DNA of 64,000 nt from Epiperipatus broadwayi (taxonomy: Eukaryota; Animalia; Onychophora), in NCBI GenBank assembly GCA_028023455.1, contig JAQFVV010000005.1:10292001-10356000 (forward strand). Direction: 5' to 3'. Positions 26,150 through 40,959 of the stretch are shown here, piece by piece. The notes beneath the pieces are model-generated. The model did not search any database. It was not told the DNA's origin and saw only the letters and a list, made by a program, of their open reading frames with translations. Each line of letters starts with the position of its first letter. Positions within the stretch are counted from its first letter, which is position 1. Position numbers and translations under genes: made by a program.

Positions 26150-27450
26150 TATGATCTTATCATATTTTTAGAATATTATGCAACATTTTTAAATAAAATT
26201 TTTCTAGAAAATTTATGCTGTCAGTAAATTCATTTCACAATTCGGAACAAAGAATAGTCTTATGTATAGTTAATTTCCTTGCATTAGTTGTACTACTATG
26301 ATAATATACATTATCTTTTATCTTGTTAATTACAGTAGCAACTTATTTAAATCTGCATTACACTTAAATAAACAAGTCCATCTTTACATCTAAAAAGCAA
26401 TCAATATATTTGAATGGATTCCTATTTTTAAGTTGATAATTATCCAAGCTACTAAAACACCAAATATACATCACATTTTGATAGCTTCTGCAAAGACATT
26501 GATACACTATTCCAAAAATCAGTAATAGAATGAAAACTCCAATTTTAATTTCAGATGCCTAACTTTTTAATCAGAAGTAATATTTTCCAGAAACAGTGTA
26601 ATATAAATAAGCTTTGGTGGACAACCAGGTAATTTCAAATACTATCTATTGGATTGATTGAAATGCTTTGACCAAATCAATAATGTTTAAGTTATATCTT
26701 TGCTTCATAAATCTTTCATATCTATAGTATTAATTCTCTAAATAATATGGAGTCTTTGATACCCATTCAACTATCTGAAAAAATTATTGAAATAACAAAA
26801 TGTGAATATAAAAATGGATTATTTAAGTATGCTAATCTTATGCCCACATCAAATACATGGATCTATACATAATGAATAAAGATTATCACTAATTATATTT
26901 ATGAATGCTCCTACAATTATTCAGTTATATAAAGACAAAAATATATCAGATTTTGCAACTTAGCTTCATGTTAAATAAAATTGTATGTTTTTAAAGTGGA
27001 ATATTCTTTAATATTTGTAACTGAAATATGTATAGATGGTTATGTATGGAAAAAAAATAACAGCAGAAAAACAAAATTTCTTATTTTAACAATGGATTCA
27101 CAGCTCAAAAAATGTTATATATCTTTGTTCTATTTCTATTCTCAAATTATTGAAGTTAAATAAAACAATTAAAAAATAAAACTAAACCATAATTACTAAA
27201 TACAACAAATAAATATAATTAATGCATTAAAGAACTATAATTTATATTATACCCAGTAGAGTTAGGTTAGTGATAGTGATAAATTTCCCACAGTACAATT
27301 TTATCAATCTAGTGCTTGAACATCAAATGATCTTCCAATTTTAACAAACACCCAATTATATTTTTTATACTATGAATGAGAGCATTTAATTGCCCTTCAT
27401 CAGCTCATCGTTAAAATATATTGGATATTATAAATGAGTCAACTTTTGAA
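26150..27450 (-). mobile_element. Decayed non-LTR retrotransposon RT remnant
   Basis: Minus strand KIYEAKI*L...IIDLVKAFQSI (~26660-26720) matches the EK.YE...FIDxxKAFDSI motif; DELMKG and CGKFITITNL-like remnants upstream. Confidence 0.5.
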
Positions 27451-30400
27451 TTTGTAAACAACAACAATATATGGGCTTAGAGATAATAAAGAGCATCATA
27501 ATTAATAATTACATTTCACCCTTAACATCTTAAATTAAATTAAATCCCTTTAATTTAAATAAGAATCAAAACTATTCTGGTTTGTTGTTGGTAATGTTTA
27601 AAAGTTTGGCAAGATGAGAATAGGGATTCATCTGAAACTGTTCTTATAATATTACAGATTATAATTTATTATTTGATTAATACATATAACATTTAATATC
27701 TTATTTTCTCAATGGATTAATAAGTGATCATTGCAAACTTGGAGAAGCAAAACCAGAATCCATTATACTCCAAAACTTTTTAAATGGCAATCCTTCTCAT
27801 AAAGGCACTACTAGCATCATATTTATAGATGACAATCTCATTTGAAATTCTAAAAAACCCATTGACTTATATTTATAAAGTAATCAATAGCTTGGCCACT
27901 CAATATTATTTCAGGATCTAATAAGAAATTAACTATAAGTCAATGTTGAACATGACATTTATGCTTTGATGTTATGATAAACAGAGGAAAAAAACAACTC
28001 ATTTTAATGGTTAAATCAACTTTACAAATAAAAAATAAAAGAGAGAAAAAAAAATTCCCTTTATAAGAAACCATATATGTAAAAAATTAACCACTTTTAA
28101 TGAAATTATAAAGATTGGGTTTTTATTATTATATTAAATATTTTCATGTCAGAATAACAAAAACTTTTAGGAGAAAGACTGAATCCCCTCCCCTTACTTC
28201 TATTTAATGTATTAATTATTAATCTACCTATGTATGCAACCCACAATATTCATTACACACAAAAAAAATAGTATATTTTTTACTAAGTGAATTGTTCCCT
28301 TTGTCTAGTTGAATGAATCTATTCTGTTCTGTTGTGCATAAAAATTTCATTTTAATCAATGGCAGCCATGTGTTAGTAAATCAGATAGAAGAAATAAAGA
28401 GAAGTGTATTGCTTTTACAGAATAATTTATCTCAATAAAAAAATTCATAATGAGACAACAGAAAATAAAATGCATTTCAATATTATAAGTATTCTGATCA
28501 ATTTATTAAAATGTATCGCATCACTTAGTTACTATAAGAAATAACTCGACCAATCTTATTAATCAGTTATAAAAATCTCAGATGGAAACATCAGAAGCTA
28601 TAAAAAACATTTCAATTGAAACATCAGCAAAATTATCTTACATTTTATTAAGTATATTTTTCATCCAACTGAAAATAATACTAAATAGGATTAAACAAAT
28701 ACAGACTTTGAATAGTGAACTGCTTACTAACTTAAAACGCTTATTAAAGTTAATATAAAATTCAGTCCATCAATTTGCATTCAAATAGCTGATTGCCAGT
28801 TACTAGAAAAACAAAATATTAATTAATATATAAATGAGCATTAATGCACTGCAAGTATAAATAGATTAATTTAATGGAGAAACTTAATTATCGGGCTATA
28901 GCTAATTACTGCATTATTCCTGACCAGTTATCAAAACTAGAGGCTTAATTTAACAAACACATGAACAAGACAGAAGGAATTAAGCAGATACATCCGAATA
29001 AACTTTCTTACAGTAGCCAACCTAGGAAGCATCAAGTTTCAAAATAGGTAAAAAGGTACATTTAATATTACTACTGATATTCCTTTTCTACCTGATTATT
29101 ATTACTAAGATTTAAAATAATAGGTAGTTAACTTAGAATTATAGTGATATTACTTCTCCGATATTAAACCGTAATTTTGGACTTATTTGTATTGTTTGGG
29201 AGTTCATAAGAAAGTCGAGCATCGAAATTAAGAGCTTACTCGCGATTCATGGACTTTGAGCTATAGTAAGCTATTCTACTTTTAAACCAAATATCTATTT
29301 AATTTTGTTGCACATTGTTTCTTATCTCATACCCTTTTGTTTGAAAAGCACAATAGATGTAAATTTAAAAAAGTTATAGTTTTTTTTTTTTTTTTTACAG
29401 GATCAATATTCTTTATTTTATGGAATATACATAACAAAAATTATTAGGTTGGGATTGGCTTAAATTCATTTACATTAGCATAAAATACAAACTGTTATTT
29501 TGAAGATCTAATATATGAATGAAAATAAACAAAGCAACCCATGAAGTAATTTTTTTTATTTGCAATATATAAATGTTTCAAATACATAAAAAAATTAACT
29601 TATATTATTTTTAAATGTATGGGTAATTTCATTAAGCATAACTTTTAACAAATGTTATGCAGTGATATATTTTTGTACAAAATATTATAGAATTAAATTA
29701 TCAAAATCTTACCTAAGTCCACATAGTGTCATATTTTATGCCTAGATTATAAGAAAAAATGTATTCAGGTTACAATAAACAAAGTTTGTCTCGTATGTTC
29801 ACATATCTTAAAATGGATTCCCGATAAAGCCATCTTTATTTTTTTATACAGAAACGTAGCGACCTCTATTATCTAACTAAGAATAGTTCAATATAGAATT
29901 CAGTCTTTTTAATATGGGTTTCGACATTAGACAAAAGAAAACTTCATAATTCAAATTTAAATTAAAGCAAAAAATACTATTGATAAAATGACTTTGAGTT
30001 TTTTTTCGTTTACTTACTAGCAAATAAGAATTTCTTCTATGTAAGTATTGTGCATTTAAGTTGTTATTTTTTCCGATTTGGGTTAAACATTGATACAGAT
30101 CAGGCAAACACAATAGTATTAATTCGACAAAACAAATCTGTTTGTGTTATGCTTATATTGTAGTATGGCCTGGGGGTAATATTCTGTGGTCATTTAAAAA
30201 TAAAATACAATTCTGAAAATAAATATAAAATTTATTATACGTATTTCTAGTACAAATATTTACATGATATTTTATATACACAGCTGGATTCAATTAGTGC
30301 AGAACCCAATTGGATATTCCTTGTGGAGCCCTTCAAACTATGGCTCTAACTTTTAAAAATTTGTTCGCATTTTTAATTTTAAAAAACTAATGATTGAATA

Positions 30401-30639
30401 GTATAATTTAACAAAGTATCATATAAAACAATGTTTAAAAATATTTTCTAGCTTTTTGCCCGGAGAAGATTTCTAAAATCAAATCAAAATCTAGTTATTA
30501 TGTTTCTTGATTTTCACTGGATTGGATAGTTGAACTGTTTAGCCTACCTTGAGTGATAGTTGACTGTAAATAATTTTTTATTAGTTTTAATCTGGAGAAT
30601 GCCCTTTCTTTAGAAGTATGGTTAAATATATCTGAAGAG

Positions 30640-31150
30640 CAATGAAGAGATTAGGAAAAGCTGTAGCTTTATCATTTTCTGTTTTTAATTAAAACAATAG
30701 TCATTGAAATTGAAATAGGAAAAATTACATGAAAACACATTAATCATATCAGGTAATTTAGAAAAGAAATTGACCAAACTTGAAGTACTATCATATTCAA
30801 CATTATTAATATTGTAGAGAAACTGGAAACAACTGAAATGAAGAGTACAATAAAGCACAATTTAAGAAGAAAATATATATGTGGACATACTTGTATCATG
30901 TCAACTGCTTCATGTTTGTGAACAAAAGACAACTACAACACTGAAGTACAAGAGGATAGCAGATTACATAGTGAAATTCCACCACTGAAGGTTACAAAGT
31001 GGATCTAATGATTGCCCCATCAGCATTATTATTTTGTATGCTTCTACATCCTCATGTGTTATTTTTCATATTTTTATATTGTTATCTTGTGGTCAAATAA
31101 ACATCAATTATTAGTCAAATTATTTGTGTAATATTTATTCCTGCTTATCT
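30640..31150 (+). repeat. Fragment related to the 3' end of the gypsy element at 35.9-36.1 kb and to 37240-37560
   Basis: aaaaca.tagtcattgaaattgaaa.aggaaaa...gaaattgaccaaacttgaagta...gtagagaaactggaaacaactga is shared with 35908-36070. Confidence 0.7.
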
Positions 31151-33199
31151 GTTCACTCTTACCATGACTAAATTACTCTTGGTGTCAGTACACAGCGGAA
31201 AACTAGCACAGTCAGTGAGAAGATAAGTTTTGAAATTTAATTTGAACTCTATCCCATAACTAGAAACTGTCATAGTTGGTAATGCATTTCAATCCCATAA
31301 TTAAAAAACTCGTTCAGTTAGTCAGCCTAAGAAGAAGTAAGTTAGTGAGTGAATCTAGATAACTGAATTTTTTAAAATTTATTTACTACATTTGAGATTA
31401 TGCTAATAAAATAATCAGGACTGCTGCATCTGGGTGTGCAAGTTGTGTGGGCACAAAGATTCTTCATTGCCTGGTGCCACGATATCATGATATTTAATAA
31501 AAATTTTATGTAACTGGAAATGTTTACATTTTTAAATGACTTTGATAGAAATATGTTCTAAGTAAAAATATTTTATTTAAATATGAGATGAATACTTCTT
31601 TACTTAAACTTATTGTGGCAATTTCCCGAGCTTTCAATTTCAAGGCTTGAAACATAATATTGCTATAAACTAAACAGGCCAACACCATTTGGTCACAATA
31701 CTTAATAATACTTACATGTAATTGTTTAGATTTCTGAATCACTTTGATAGAAACACATTCAAATGGTAAATATTTTTTATTTAAATATAAGAGGAATACT
31801 TCATTACTTAAAGTTGTTGGGACAATGACTCAAGTCTTGGAATATATATTACTTATATATATTCTGCCATTGTTAAAAACTGAACAGGCTGATGCCTTTT
31901 TGTCACAGTTAATAGTTTACTAGAAGCAATTTATATATAAATGAAAATGTTTAGATTTCCAAAACACTTTTATTTAAATATCTTAATTTATATAAAAAAT
32001 AACGCATTACTATTAACAATTTATTTAAAAATAAAACTTGTTTTAAAAAATATTACCTTATAATTACAGTAATTCTGCATGAGAAAAAATTGTTTATCAA
32101 GGATATTTTAAATCAGTTTAGACTAATGATAGAGTAGCCAACTCTGGAATATGATGTCCTAGGATTTATTTTGATGCTGTTTTGTGCAAAAAAATTTTAG
32201 TAAAAATATATTTCTCTTTTTTTTAATATGCTGTATTATTTTTTTACATGTTTACTAAACAGTTTTTCTTTGCATGTCAAAATATTTAATTGTTAACAAA
32301 TTTCATGATAACAATATTATTAATGCAACTTTCTTATTATAATAAAACACTACATGATTGGACTATTGACAAAGTCTAAAAAATTTATCTATATGTAACA
32401 AACCAATTTTTTTTTTTCATAGTTATCCATTGTAACCTACAAATAAAGAAAATAAGGTGCAAGGCATTTTAATTGGCTTCGGTAAATATCCCGAATAAAT
32501 AATTTAAATATAAAAATTTTAAATTTCTTCTCTTAAATAAAATCTAACTAAATCTCTAATTGTCAAACTATATAATAAAGTATAATGTATATAAGCATAA
32601 GAGATGGTGGTCATGTGATGTTTATTGGCTTATAATGTATATAATATGACTTACTTATTAATAAGCATTAAGAAATAAAATAATTTAGTAATGTAAATAT
32701 TTTATTATTGAATCAATAGGTGAAACTATTTCTGTCAATAGCAAACATAAACAAGTCATGTTTGTGAAAAGTTCTGAATTAAAAGTATTTTAGTAAGTAG
32801 GTGGTAATGGAATGAAAGAGTTATATCAACCATGATACTTAAAATTGACTTAGGTTGGTAATCCTAATAAAATATAAAAGATATAAACAATGTATGAAAA
32901 ATTTAAAATATTGGATTATATATAAAATAAATTATAGTTATTAATAGTGGAATAAGATCATAAAAAAATTAAATAATAGTGTGAATATTTTATTATTGAA
33001 GGAATATAACTTTCTTAATATAAAACATGGATACATTTATGAATGGGAGATTTTGAATAGACTTTCAAACAAAGCAAATTATTTTTAACAAATTGTTGAA
33101 GTGCTGGCTAAAGTTGGTCTAAATATTGGTAAAAAAGTCAAGAGTTACATTAGCATTTATATGAGGCATTTATTTGTATAGCACTATATAAATAAATGC

Positions 33200-33490
33200 C
33201 TCATTTACATACGTTTAGTTTCATTTAAGAGTGACGATTCGTAAATTCTAGATAATTTCGTTGATGTCATTCATTCAGACATAATAAACAGTAATTTAAA
33301 CTGATTGATTTATCCTCACGCTTTCATATCCAGTTCTTAAGATTTGCCCATATATAAGCATTTGGGTTGAATGAATAAGTGGATTCATTTATTCATTTGC
33401 AAAGACTTTATCTTGTGTTGGAAATGAAAGTATTCATTTATTATTATTAACATTCGTAAAAAAGCGCATGTACATTAGCTTGAAAGATTA
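33200..33490 (+). repeat. Family C monomer
   Basis: Similar to 36915-37200 (gtttcattt..gagtgacg..gtaaattctagataatttc...taagatttgcccatatataagcatttgggttg). Confidence 0.8.
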
Positions 33491-34129
33491 ATCTTTAGTT
33501 TATTAGCTTTTATAATAAAGACAAGCCAGACTCTTTTCTCCTCATTATGCTCAATGGAACTCAGAAGTGAAGCATTCCTCTGGCTGTAGATAATAATTTT
33601 AAAATAAATAAACTGGAAGTAGAATTACTTACATAATATCAGAACCGGCCCAAGTAGATTAGGGGAGCAATGCAATATTTTCATGGCTGTGTATGATGGT
33701 GGGGAAGTTTTTTTGAATGTAATAAAAACACTCAGATATTTTTAAAAAATTATTTTATTTTCAGATATTTCCTATCTCCACTAGTAATTTCACACGATTA
33801 TAAAAAAATAATTTGAAATTTTTGAAAGAAAAATTAAACATTTCAAATTTACTTAAAAAATATTTTTGTTTTAAAGATATTTAATTATTGTTTCAAAAAT
33901 TATTTTTTTAAACATTAATTTTATTTTAACATGTGTTTTAATCACCAAATTTATTTTATAGAAATAAATGAATAAAACACAAGATATTTACCAATCAAAT
34001 TTTGCAAAAGTACTTGGAAAAAATGTCTTTTAATTTACAAATTTTATTTTATAGAATGTAAGAAGGGCACTAAAATTTAGCTTGCACAAAGACACTTCTC
34101 ACCCATGCAACAGCTTTGAAAATGATATC

Positions 34130-36260
34130 TATACCACAAATGACTGGAAATGAGTTTAATTTATATTAGACTATTTATGTAGTCCTTTTGAATGGTCAAT
34201 TTATCCTAAAAGGATAAAACTTTTTTTAAAAAACAGAACTATTAATGACCCCATTAAAGTTGCTACTTTGCTATGTTATTCTGGGCAAAATGTAATTGAA
34301 ATCACAAATTGGCTATGCACCAGAGAAGATGCTATACACAATAGTAGTGGAAAAGTTAAATAAATATTTTAATCCACAGCCTTCAAAACATGTAATAAAA
34401 CTATATTTTAGAAATATATGATAAGATAAGGAAAAATTACACAATTGCAAGAGCTTGCTAAAAGTTATAAATATGGAGACTTTTGAAAAAACTTTCTCAA
34501 ACAATTACTTTGGGGGATTCTGATGATAGGCTTAGATAGCAGTTTCAGACCTCTAGAGATATAATTTAAATGGAGGCAATTAAAGTAGGATTAGCCCATG
34601 AAATTGTAATGGTCATATCAAAAGAATTTGGAATTTTAATAATAATAACAATAGTAATGCATTAATAAAAAAGACAATAAAAATTAGTCTGTTGAAAGTA
34701 ATCCAAAAGAGTTAGTTTGTTATTGTTGTGGGAAGAAATTTCACTTGGAGCAAAAATGTAAATGGAATTTTGCAGAGCTTGTGGAATTGTAAGTCAATTG
34801 GAAAAGAGAATATAGATCTAAGATAAAAAAAGAACTTAAAAATTCATCCAACTTTCCCAAGAGAAATAATCAAAAATGCAAAATTAAAAATACTCAGATT
34901 ATAAATGTATCAGTAGGGAATGATTTTAAATTAAATTTTAAAAAGTAAAACAGCAAAAAGATAGCAGATTCGACAAAAGTGGATAAAGAATATCAACTGC
35001 TAATCAAATAGATAAACATAGCTTGGGCTAGCTATTACCCAGAAATACTTCTATATGGAATGTCAAAGAAAAATTGTCTATAAACAAAAGATGCATGGAA
35101 ATGAAGTATAGTGTAAATAGAAAGCAGTAGTCATTGTTTGGTTTTATAACTGTTTCAAAGATCATCTTGGCATAGTATGAGCTAAAATACTCACCCATAG
35201 TTATGTATGGTAGTCTGGTATTAATAAAGAAATAAAATATTTCATCAACTTGATATATCTCAAGTGCCCACAAACTTTCTAGAAAAAATACATAATATGT
35301 CTGTTGGTCACCAAACCCTGGAGATGCTTTCATATTGACCATGCTGGGACATTACTTTAGTCCTTCTTGGTGGTAATCAATGCATACTCAAAATGGCCTA
35401 GGTATAGAATCATGAAGAACATTGCTACTTAAGAAACAATTAAAAAACTTTAAAAAATGTACATTATCCATGATTTTCCTGAGATGTCAGTGTCAGATAG
35501 TGGCTTTAGTTTTACATCCAATAGATTTGAGGAATTTATTAAAGAATGGAAGATATATATCTCCATGCTGCCATACCAGGCAGAGTCAAATGTAATTTCA
35601 GACAAGGCAGTGCAAACTGTAAAACAAATTTTACAAAAGGAAGGGACTGTGAATATTTAAAATTTTTTATATTTAGCTCTTCTATAGCAGCACAGTATAC
35701 CTTTGACTAGTATTGGCAAATTCTCAGCTGAGTTAATGTTTGGGTAAAAAATTTGTGCAATGTTTATGCTAATTTTCCCAGGAGAAAATGTTGAGTTAAA
35801 TGCAAACAATGTTATGGAAAATAACAATGCTGAGGGGGAAAAGTTACAATTAAAGATATCCTCAAAAATATAGGGTGAAAGATAGAATTAAGAACCACCT
35901 ATCTAAGAAAACAGTAGTCATTGAAATTGAAACAGGAAAATTTACTTGAAAATACATTGATTATATCAGGCAATTAAGCAAAGAAATTGACCAAACTTGA
36001 AGTATTATCATATCCAATATTATTAACAATGTAGAGAAACTGGAAACAACTGACGTGAAAAGTACAATAAAAAGAAAAATAATATGAGTGGAAATAATGC
36101 ACAATTATATAGATCACAAAAAACCACAAAAACAATCTAATTATTTAAAACATTAGCTTTAAAACTCCTAATTTCTGAAGTGGAGGAGATAGTGCTATGT
36201 TTGTTTACATATATTTAAAGAATAATTTAAGCAACCTAAATAATATTTATGTGAGTTAAA
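34130..36260 (+). mobile_element. Ty3/gypsy LTR retrotransposon remnant (gag and integrase; PR/RT/RH apparently deleted)
   Basis: gag: EWSIY, KVATLL, VEKLNKYFNP, FGDSDDRLR, CYCCGK..H....C knuckle. Integrase: HLGIV..K...SYVW..GINKEI (H2C2), HIDHAG, AYSKW, VSDSG..FTS..FEEF, SAELMFG. PPT-like gaagtggaggaga at ~36178-36190. Confidence 0.8.
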
Positions 36261-36569
36261 TAATTACTATGTTTAAAATAAATAAAGAATTTTTAAATGA
36301 ATTAAATAATATTTATGTAAATTAAATAAGATAAATGAAAAATTGTATATTTTATTAGTTAAGTAAAATATTTCAAATAAGATAAATTTATGCTTAGATA
36401 TTTTCATCACTAAAAAATATCTGCATAAAGTGTAAATAACTAAATATTTAGAGATCAAGTAAGCTAATTAAAATTAAAAGTGTTTGTGTTCCAGAAATAT
36501 ATTAATAATAAGATTGACAATCTGAATCTAGAAATTTCCACAGTATATGAAATTAATTAAAAGGATTAT

Positions 36570-37211
36570 GTAAATAAACATTTATTTTTAGCGCTGTTTC
36601 TAATTGTAATAAATTTAATCAGCCATTTAAGCTATTGTGCACTTTTTTCACGAGTGTTAAATAATAATAAATGAGTACTTCCGCTTACAACACAAGATAT
36701 AGTATTTAGGAAAGAATAAAATGAATCACTTATTCAATCCAACCCAAATGCTTATATATGGGCAAATCTTAAGTACTGTAAGTGAAAGTGTGAGGATAGA
36801 CTACTCACTTTAAACCACTGTTTACGATATCTGAATGAATGACGCCAATGAAATTATCTAGAATTTACTAGACGTCACTCACAAATGAAACTCTTAAACA
36901 TATGTAATTATTATTTGCATATGTTTAAGAGTTTCATTTGTGAGTGACGTCTAGTAAATTCTAGATAATTTCATTGGCATCATTCATTCAGATATCGTAA
37001 ACAGTGGTTTAAAGTGAGTAGTCTATCCTCACACTTCCACTTACAGTACTTAAGATTTGCCCATATATAAGCATTTGGGTTGGATTGAATAAGTGATTCA
37101 TTTTATTCTTTCCTAAATACTATATCTTGTGTTGTAAGCGGAAGTACTCATTTATTATTATTTAACACTCGTGAAGAAAGTGCACAATAGCTTAAATGGA
37201 TGATTAAATTT
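36570..37211. mobile_element. Family C fold-back dimer: ~300-bp arms (36608-36907 and 36915-37214), 7-nt spacer
   Basis: Near-perfect reverse-complement arms; 14-bp direct repeat attaaaaggattat at 36556-36569 and 37212-37225. Confidence 0.9.
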
Positions 37212-37649
37212 ATTAAAAGGATTATAGCATTGCTACTTGAGAATGATCTGGAACAGAATAAAAACATGAACTTAATAAGAAAATATATATGTGTACACAC
37301 TTAAGTCATGAGAGATGTTTCATATTATGAACTAGGGACAACTGTAATACTAAAATTTGAGTGTAGAGGATTGCAGCATGCTCAATGAAGGCTCCAAAGT
37401 TTATCTAGGAACTTTTACAGGCCACATCATCCTTATTACTATTTTATGTCTCTATGGTCATATATAAGTTATTTTTCATATTTCTTTTTATACAGTTATC
37501 TTGCTGGCAAATAAGCATCATTTATTAGTTAAATTCTGCAACAGTTATTTGTTTTTATCTTTACCATTATTACAGTACTCATGATATCTATACACAGTTG
37601 TATTTATCAGAGCCATGTTTCTTCTTTATTATCTTTTTTTTTCAGTTTT

Positions 37650-39500
37650 CCTAAAAATCCAAATAAATGCATATGATTTTTTCAGTTATTAAATTGTTTT
37701 GCTTTACTCAAAACTACATTAAAAAATTTACTTTGAACATTTGGTTCATCATCTATGCCATAACTGAAATATTTATTTCTTTTATCAACCATTTATTTAG
37801 AAATTCTGGAATTCTCTCCCAATCTTCTGCATGTGTTTTTGCCCAAATTAATACTTCCTCAAATCAAGTATCCTTATCTCATTGATCAACTATGATAATA
37901 GTCTATAAAATAAAGAAAGTGCTGTAGAAGTTAACCAGAAAATGAGTTTTGAAGTTCTTTTCTAACAAAATTTACTTGGAAAAGTCAGTCACACCAAAAA
38001 CGATGGATACTATAAACTTGTTATCTTTTTTTAAGGGTGCAAATGATTTTGCATTACTTTTAACTTGGGGATCTTCTGTAGTTTCTGATATTTCAAAAAG
38101 TGCATCATAGATATCATCTACATGGTAACTTACCACTTTAACATTATGAATGTGATATTCCCATATTGTATAACAAAAAGGCTTCACTGTAAGATCTTTA
38201 ACATATTTACAGAGTATTGATAATCTCTTTGTGGATGATGATAATAAAACAAAGCATTAAATTATATAAAAAAAAGTTAATGCATCAGGACCAGTTTTAT
38301 TTGCATTAGGGTGTAGAAAATGTTCTTGAATTTTACTTTAAGAGTTTATTGTAAACTCCAGAAATTTTTACCTTCATATGCAAACAATTATACTGCTTTT
38401 GCCTCTTAATATTATTAATATTTCATCCTAGAGAATTAATTTCTTGGTTCAGCACAGTATGTTTTTTCTGGTACCGCCTTCTATTTAGTAAACTTTTCAG
38501 AAACATGAAGGAATGGCCCAGGTGATGCATCATCAGATATATATCTGAATTTAAAAGGCATTTGGTTCTTTGTGGCTGATGTTGAGAGTGCAATCAAAAG
38601 TTACAGCAAAATACTTTTCTGATATTTATAATCTCATTTTGGATTTATTTCCCATTAAATTGATTAAATCATTTTGAATTGTTTTGTTTAAATAATGTTC
38701 TTGTTTTTACTGACAATTTATTGAAGATGGTCTTGTATTATTGGGTCAAATTTTCCAAGCAGTTTAATAATTCTTAGAGTTTTACTTATAAAAATCACCT
38801 ACATTTTCAAAAGATTCTTGAAATGCTAAATTACATTGAGACAGAAATTGTATCACTGATAATAATCTTCCAAAAACTTGGTATAATCACATTATTTCTT
38901 GATTCAGTAATTTATGTTATACTTTGTCTTATATTTTTCGTAGCTAAAAATCTCTTGAAATTCTGTACATTTTAACTTTGCAATTAAATAATGCTTGATT
39001 TTTCTTATTCTGTCAGTATGGTATGGGTATTTGACCACTTATTGAATTCTGATATAGACAAAATACTCATTGTATCTTCAATCATTGTGTCTTTAATAAA
39101 AAGTCAATAGAAATAAAATATTTTATTTTTTTTACCAGAATATATTGTCTAGGGATAACATGATGTCACCATTTGAAGGTTTTTTTTAAGATGAACTTTT
39201 GAAAAATTTTGGCAAGGAAATTCATCCACTAGAATTTTTTGATGCTTCTTTTTTTATTAAATCTATTACGTTCAGGCTCATTGTCTCTGGACTATTAGCA
39301 GGGCCATTTGTTATATGTTGTAATTCATTAACTATTTTCTTATTCTCAGGAATATCACACTAAACTATTTCCATATATCTAATTTAATATCCTGAATATC
39401 TTTTATGGAGTCATTTTCATTTATACAAATATTTTCCTTTTATTGATTGGTTCCTTCTGATCATGTGTTGTCATTTGTAAATTCTGAAAAATTTGTACAA
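37650..39500 (-). mobile_element. Decayed hAT (ZMYM1/DUF4371-type) transposase
   Basis: Minus strand LLGKFDPIIQDHL, KTIQNDLINLMG, KYFAVTFDCT, NIKRQ..., MKVKISGV, TIWEYHIHNVKVVSYHVDDIYDAL resemble hAT motifs. Multiple disruptions. Confidence 0.75.
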
Positions 39501-40796
39501 AGCACCTTTGGTATTCTCTTCCAATATCTCTTTCTCATTTTGAATTGGATATCTTTAAAAAACATAATTAAAATGTTAAGATTTCTTTAGAAAGGCAGAT
39601 AATAATTGAAGAATAAATATTTTTATATTAGTTTAAACTTATTAAATTTGCATTAAAATAATCAATAATATTTTCATAATTTTTTATTAATTAAAAAGTA
39701 TTGAAAAATTGCTCTATACTACATAAATTGGAAGCTTAGAGCTGTATGTTGTTAGAATAATATTTAAGATTTTAAAGCAATTGACTGAACAACTAAAATT
39801 TGTTTTTTATTATTTTATGTAAAAAAAAATACTATTAAAGTGTTTAGTATAGATTAGTTTATTGAATTCTCCATCAAATTGAAAGCATAAAATAAAGTAA
39901 AATAAGATATCTTGCTGTAGAAATAATTTACAATATAGTGAAACAGATGGTAACCAATATAACTTTTTTTAAAGATAACACACTGCATGTGTTTATTTTT
40001 TGTGACTACACAGAAGACAATTTTCTATGTAAATACTATGCACACAAGAAAGTTAGTGGATGCAACAATGCAATTATTTAACTCTGAACTATAATATTGA
40101 TAACTGATAGTCATGCAAAAAAAGAATTTGAATACTTATGGATGTTTCTGTTTATTATAATTTTTGAAGTAATAATTTATATATTTGTTTTAATACAATA
40201 TGACACACATAAATGTTTATTGAGGGTTGCACTCAAACTACTGTCAGGCTCCAAATGTTGAAGACAGTAAAATGGCCTTTCAATGTGGCCAACTGGGAAT
40301 AATAAACAATGCCCAAGCAAGAATTTCTGCTACCTTATAGGATAGGATGCTGGTTATGGGTTATGAAGCCCATATTCAAGACATTATTCTTTCAAGAGGA
40401 AATGTTTTGATTTTGTATAATCAAGTCACTAATAATAGAAAAATAAACAATGAAATTATATTTCACAGTAAACATTAATAGCTTATTAATTTAAAAAAAT
40501 AAATTTATTATTTGCTATATATACAAAATGATGTGCTCAATCATTCTTTTAGACATTTTATTGAAATAAACTTTTTATGTTACAACAAATATTCATCTAA
40601 TATTAATTTTCTCTTTGATCAATTGTAGATCAATTCTTATATTTGACATCAATCTTAGTACTTCTCTACTATCACTGTCAGTAGATAAAACTAAATGTAA
40701 AAGATGATAATCTATACATTTTGTTACCTTTCTAACAAGCATACATAAGTATAGTATTAAAATTAAATACTGCCTATACTAGCAGTTATCAGTAAT

Positions 40797-40959
40797 ATAG
40801 AAATTCATATAACACTATAATACTAGCCAAAATAAAATTTTACTAAAATTCTTCCACAACCATAGTTTATTTCTTAATAGATGAAACCATGGTTGTGGAA
40901 GAATTTTAGTAAAATTTTGTTATTTTGGCTAATATTGTAGTGTTGGTTTGAATTTCTAT
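40797..40959. repeat. MITE-like hairpin, ~72-bp arms, ~15-bp spacer
   Basis: aaaattttactaaaattcttccacaaccat and atggttgtggaagaattttagtaaaatttt, with flanking imperfect pairing. Confidence 0.8.

Noticed and set aside
36826-36862. ctgaatga...gaaattatc in family C as a hammerhead
   Set aside because: Extra nucleotide in the core, no convincing stem II or III; family C left as ribozyme-unknown.
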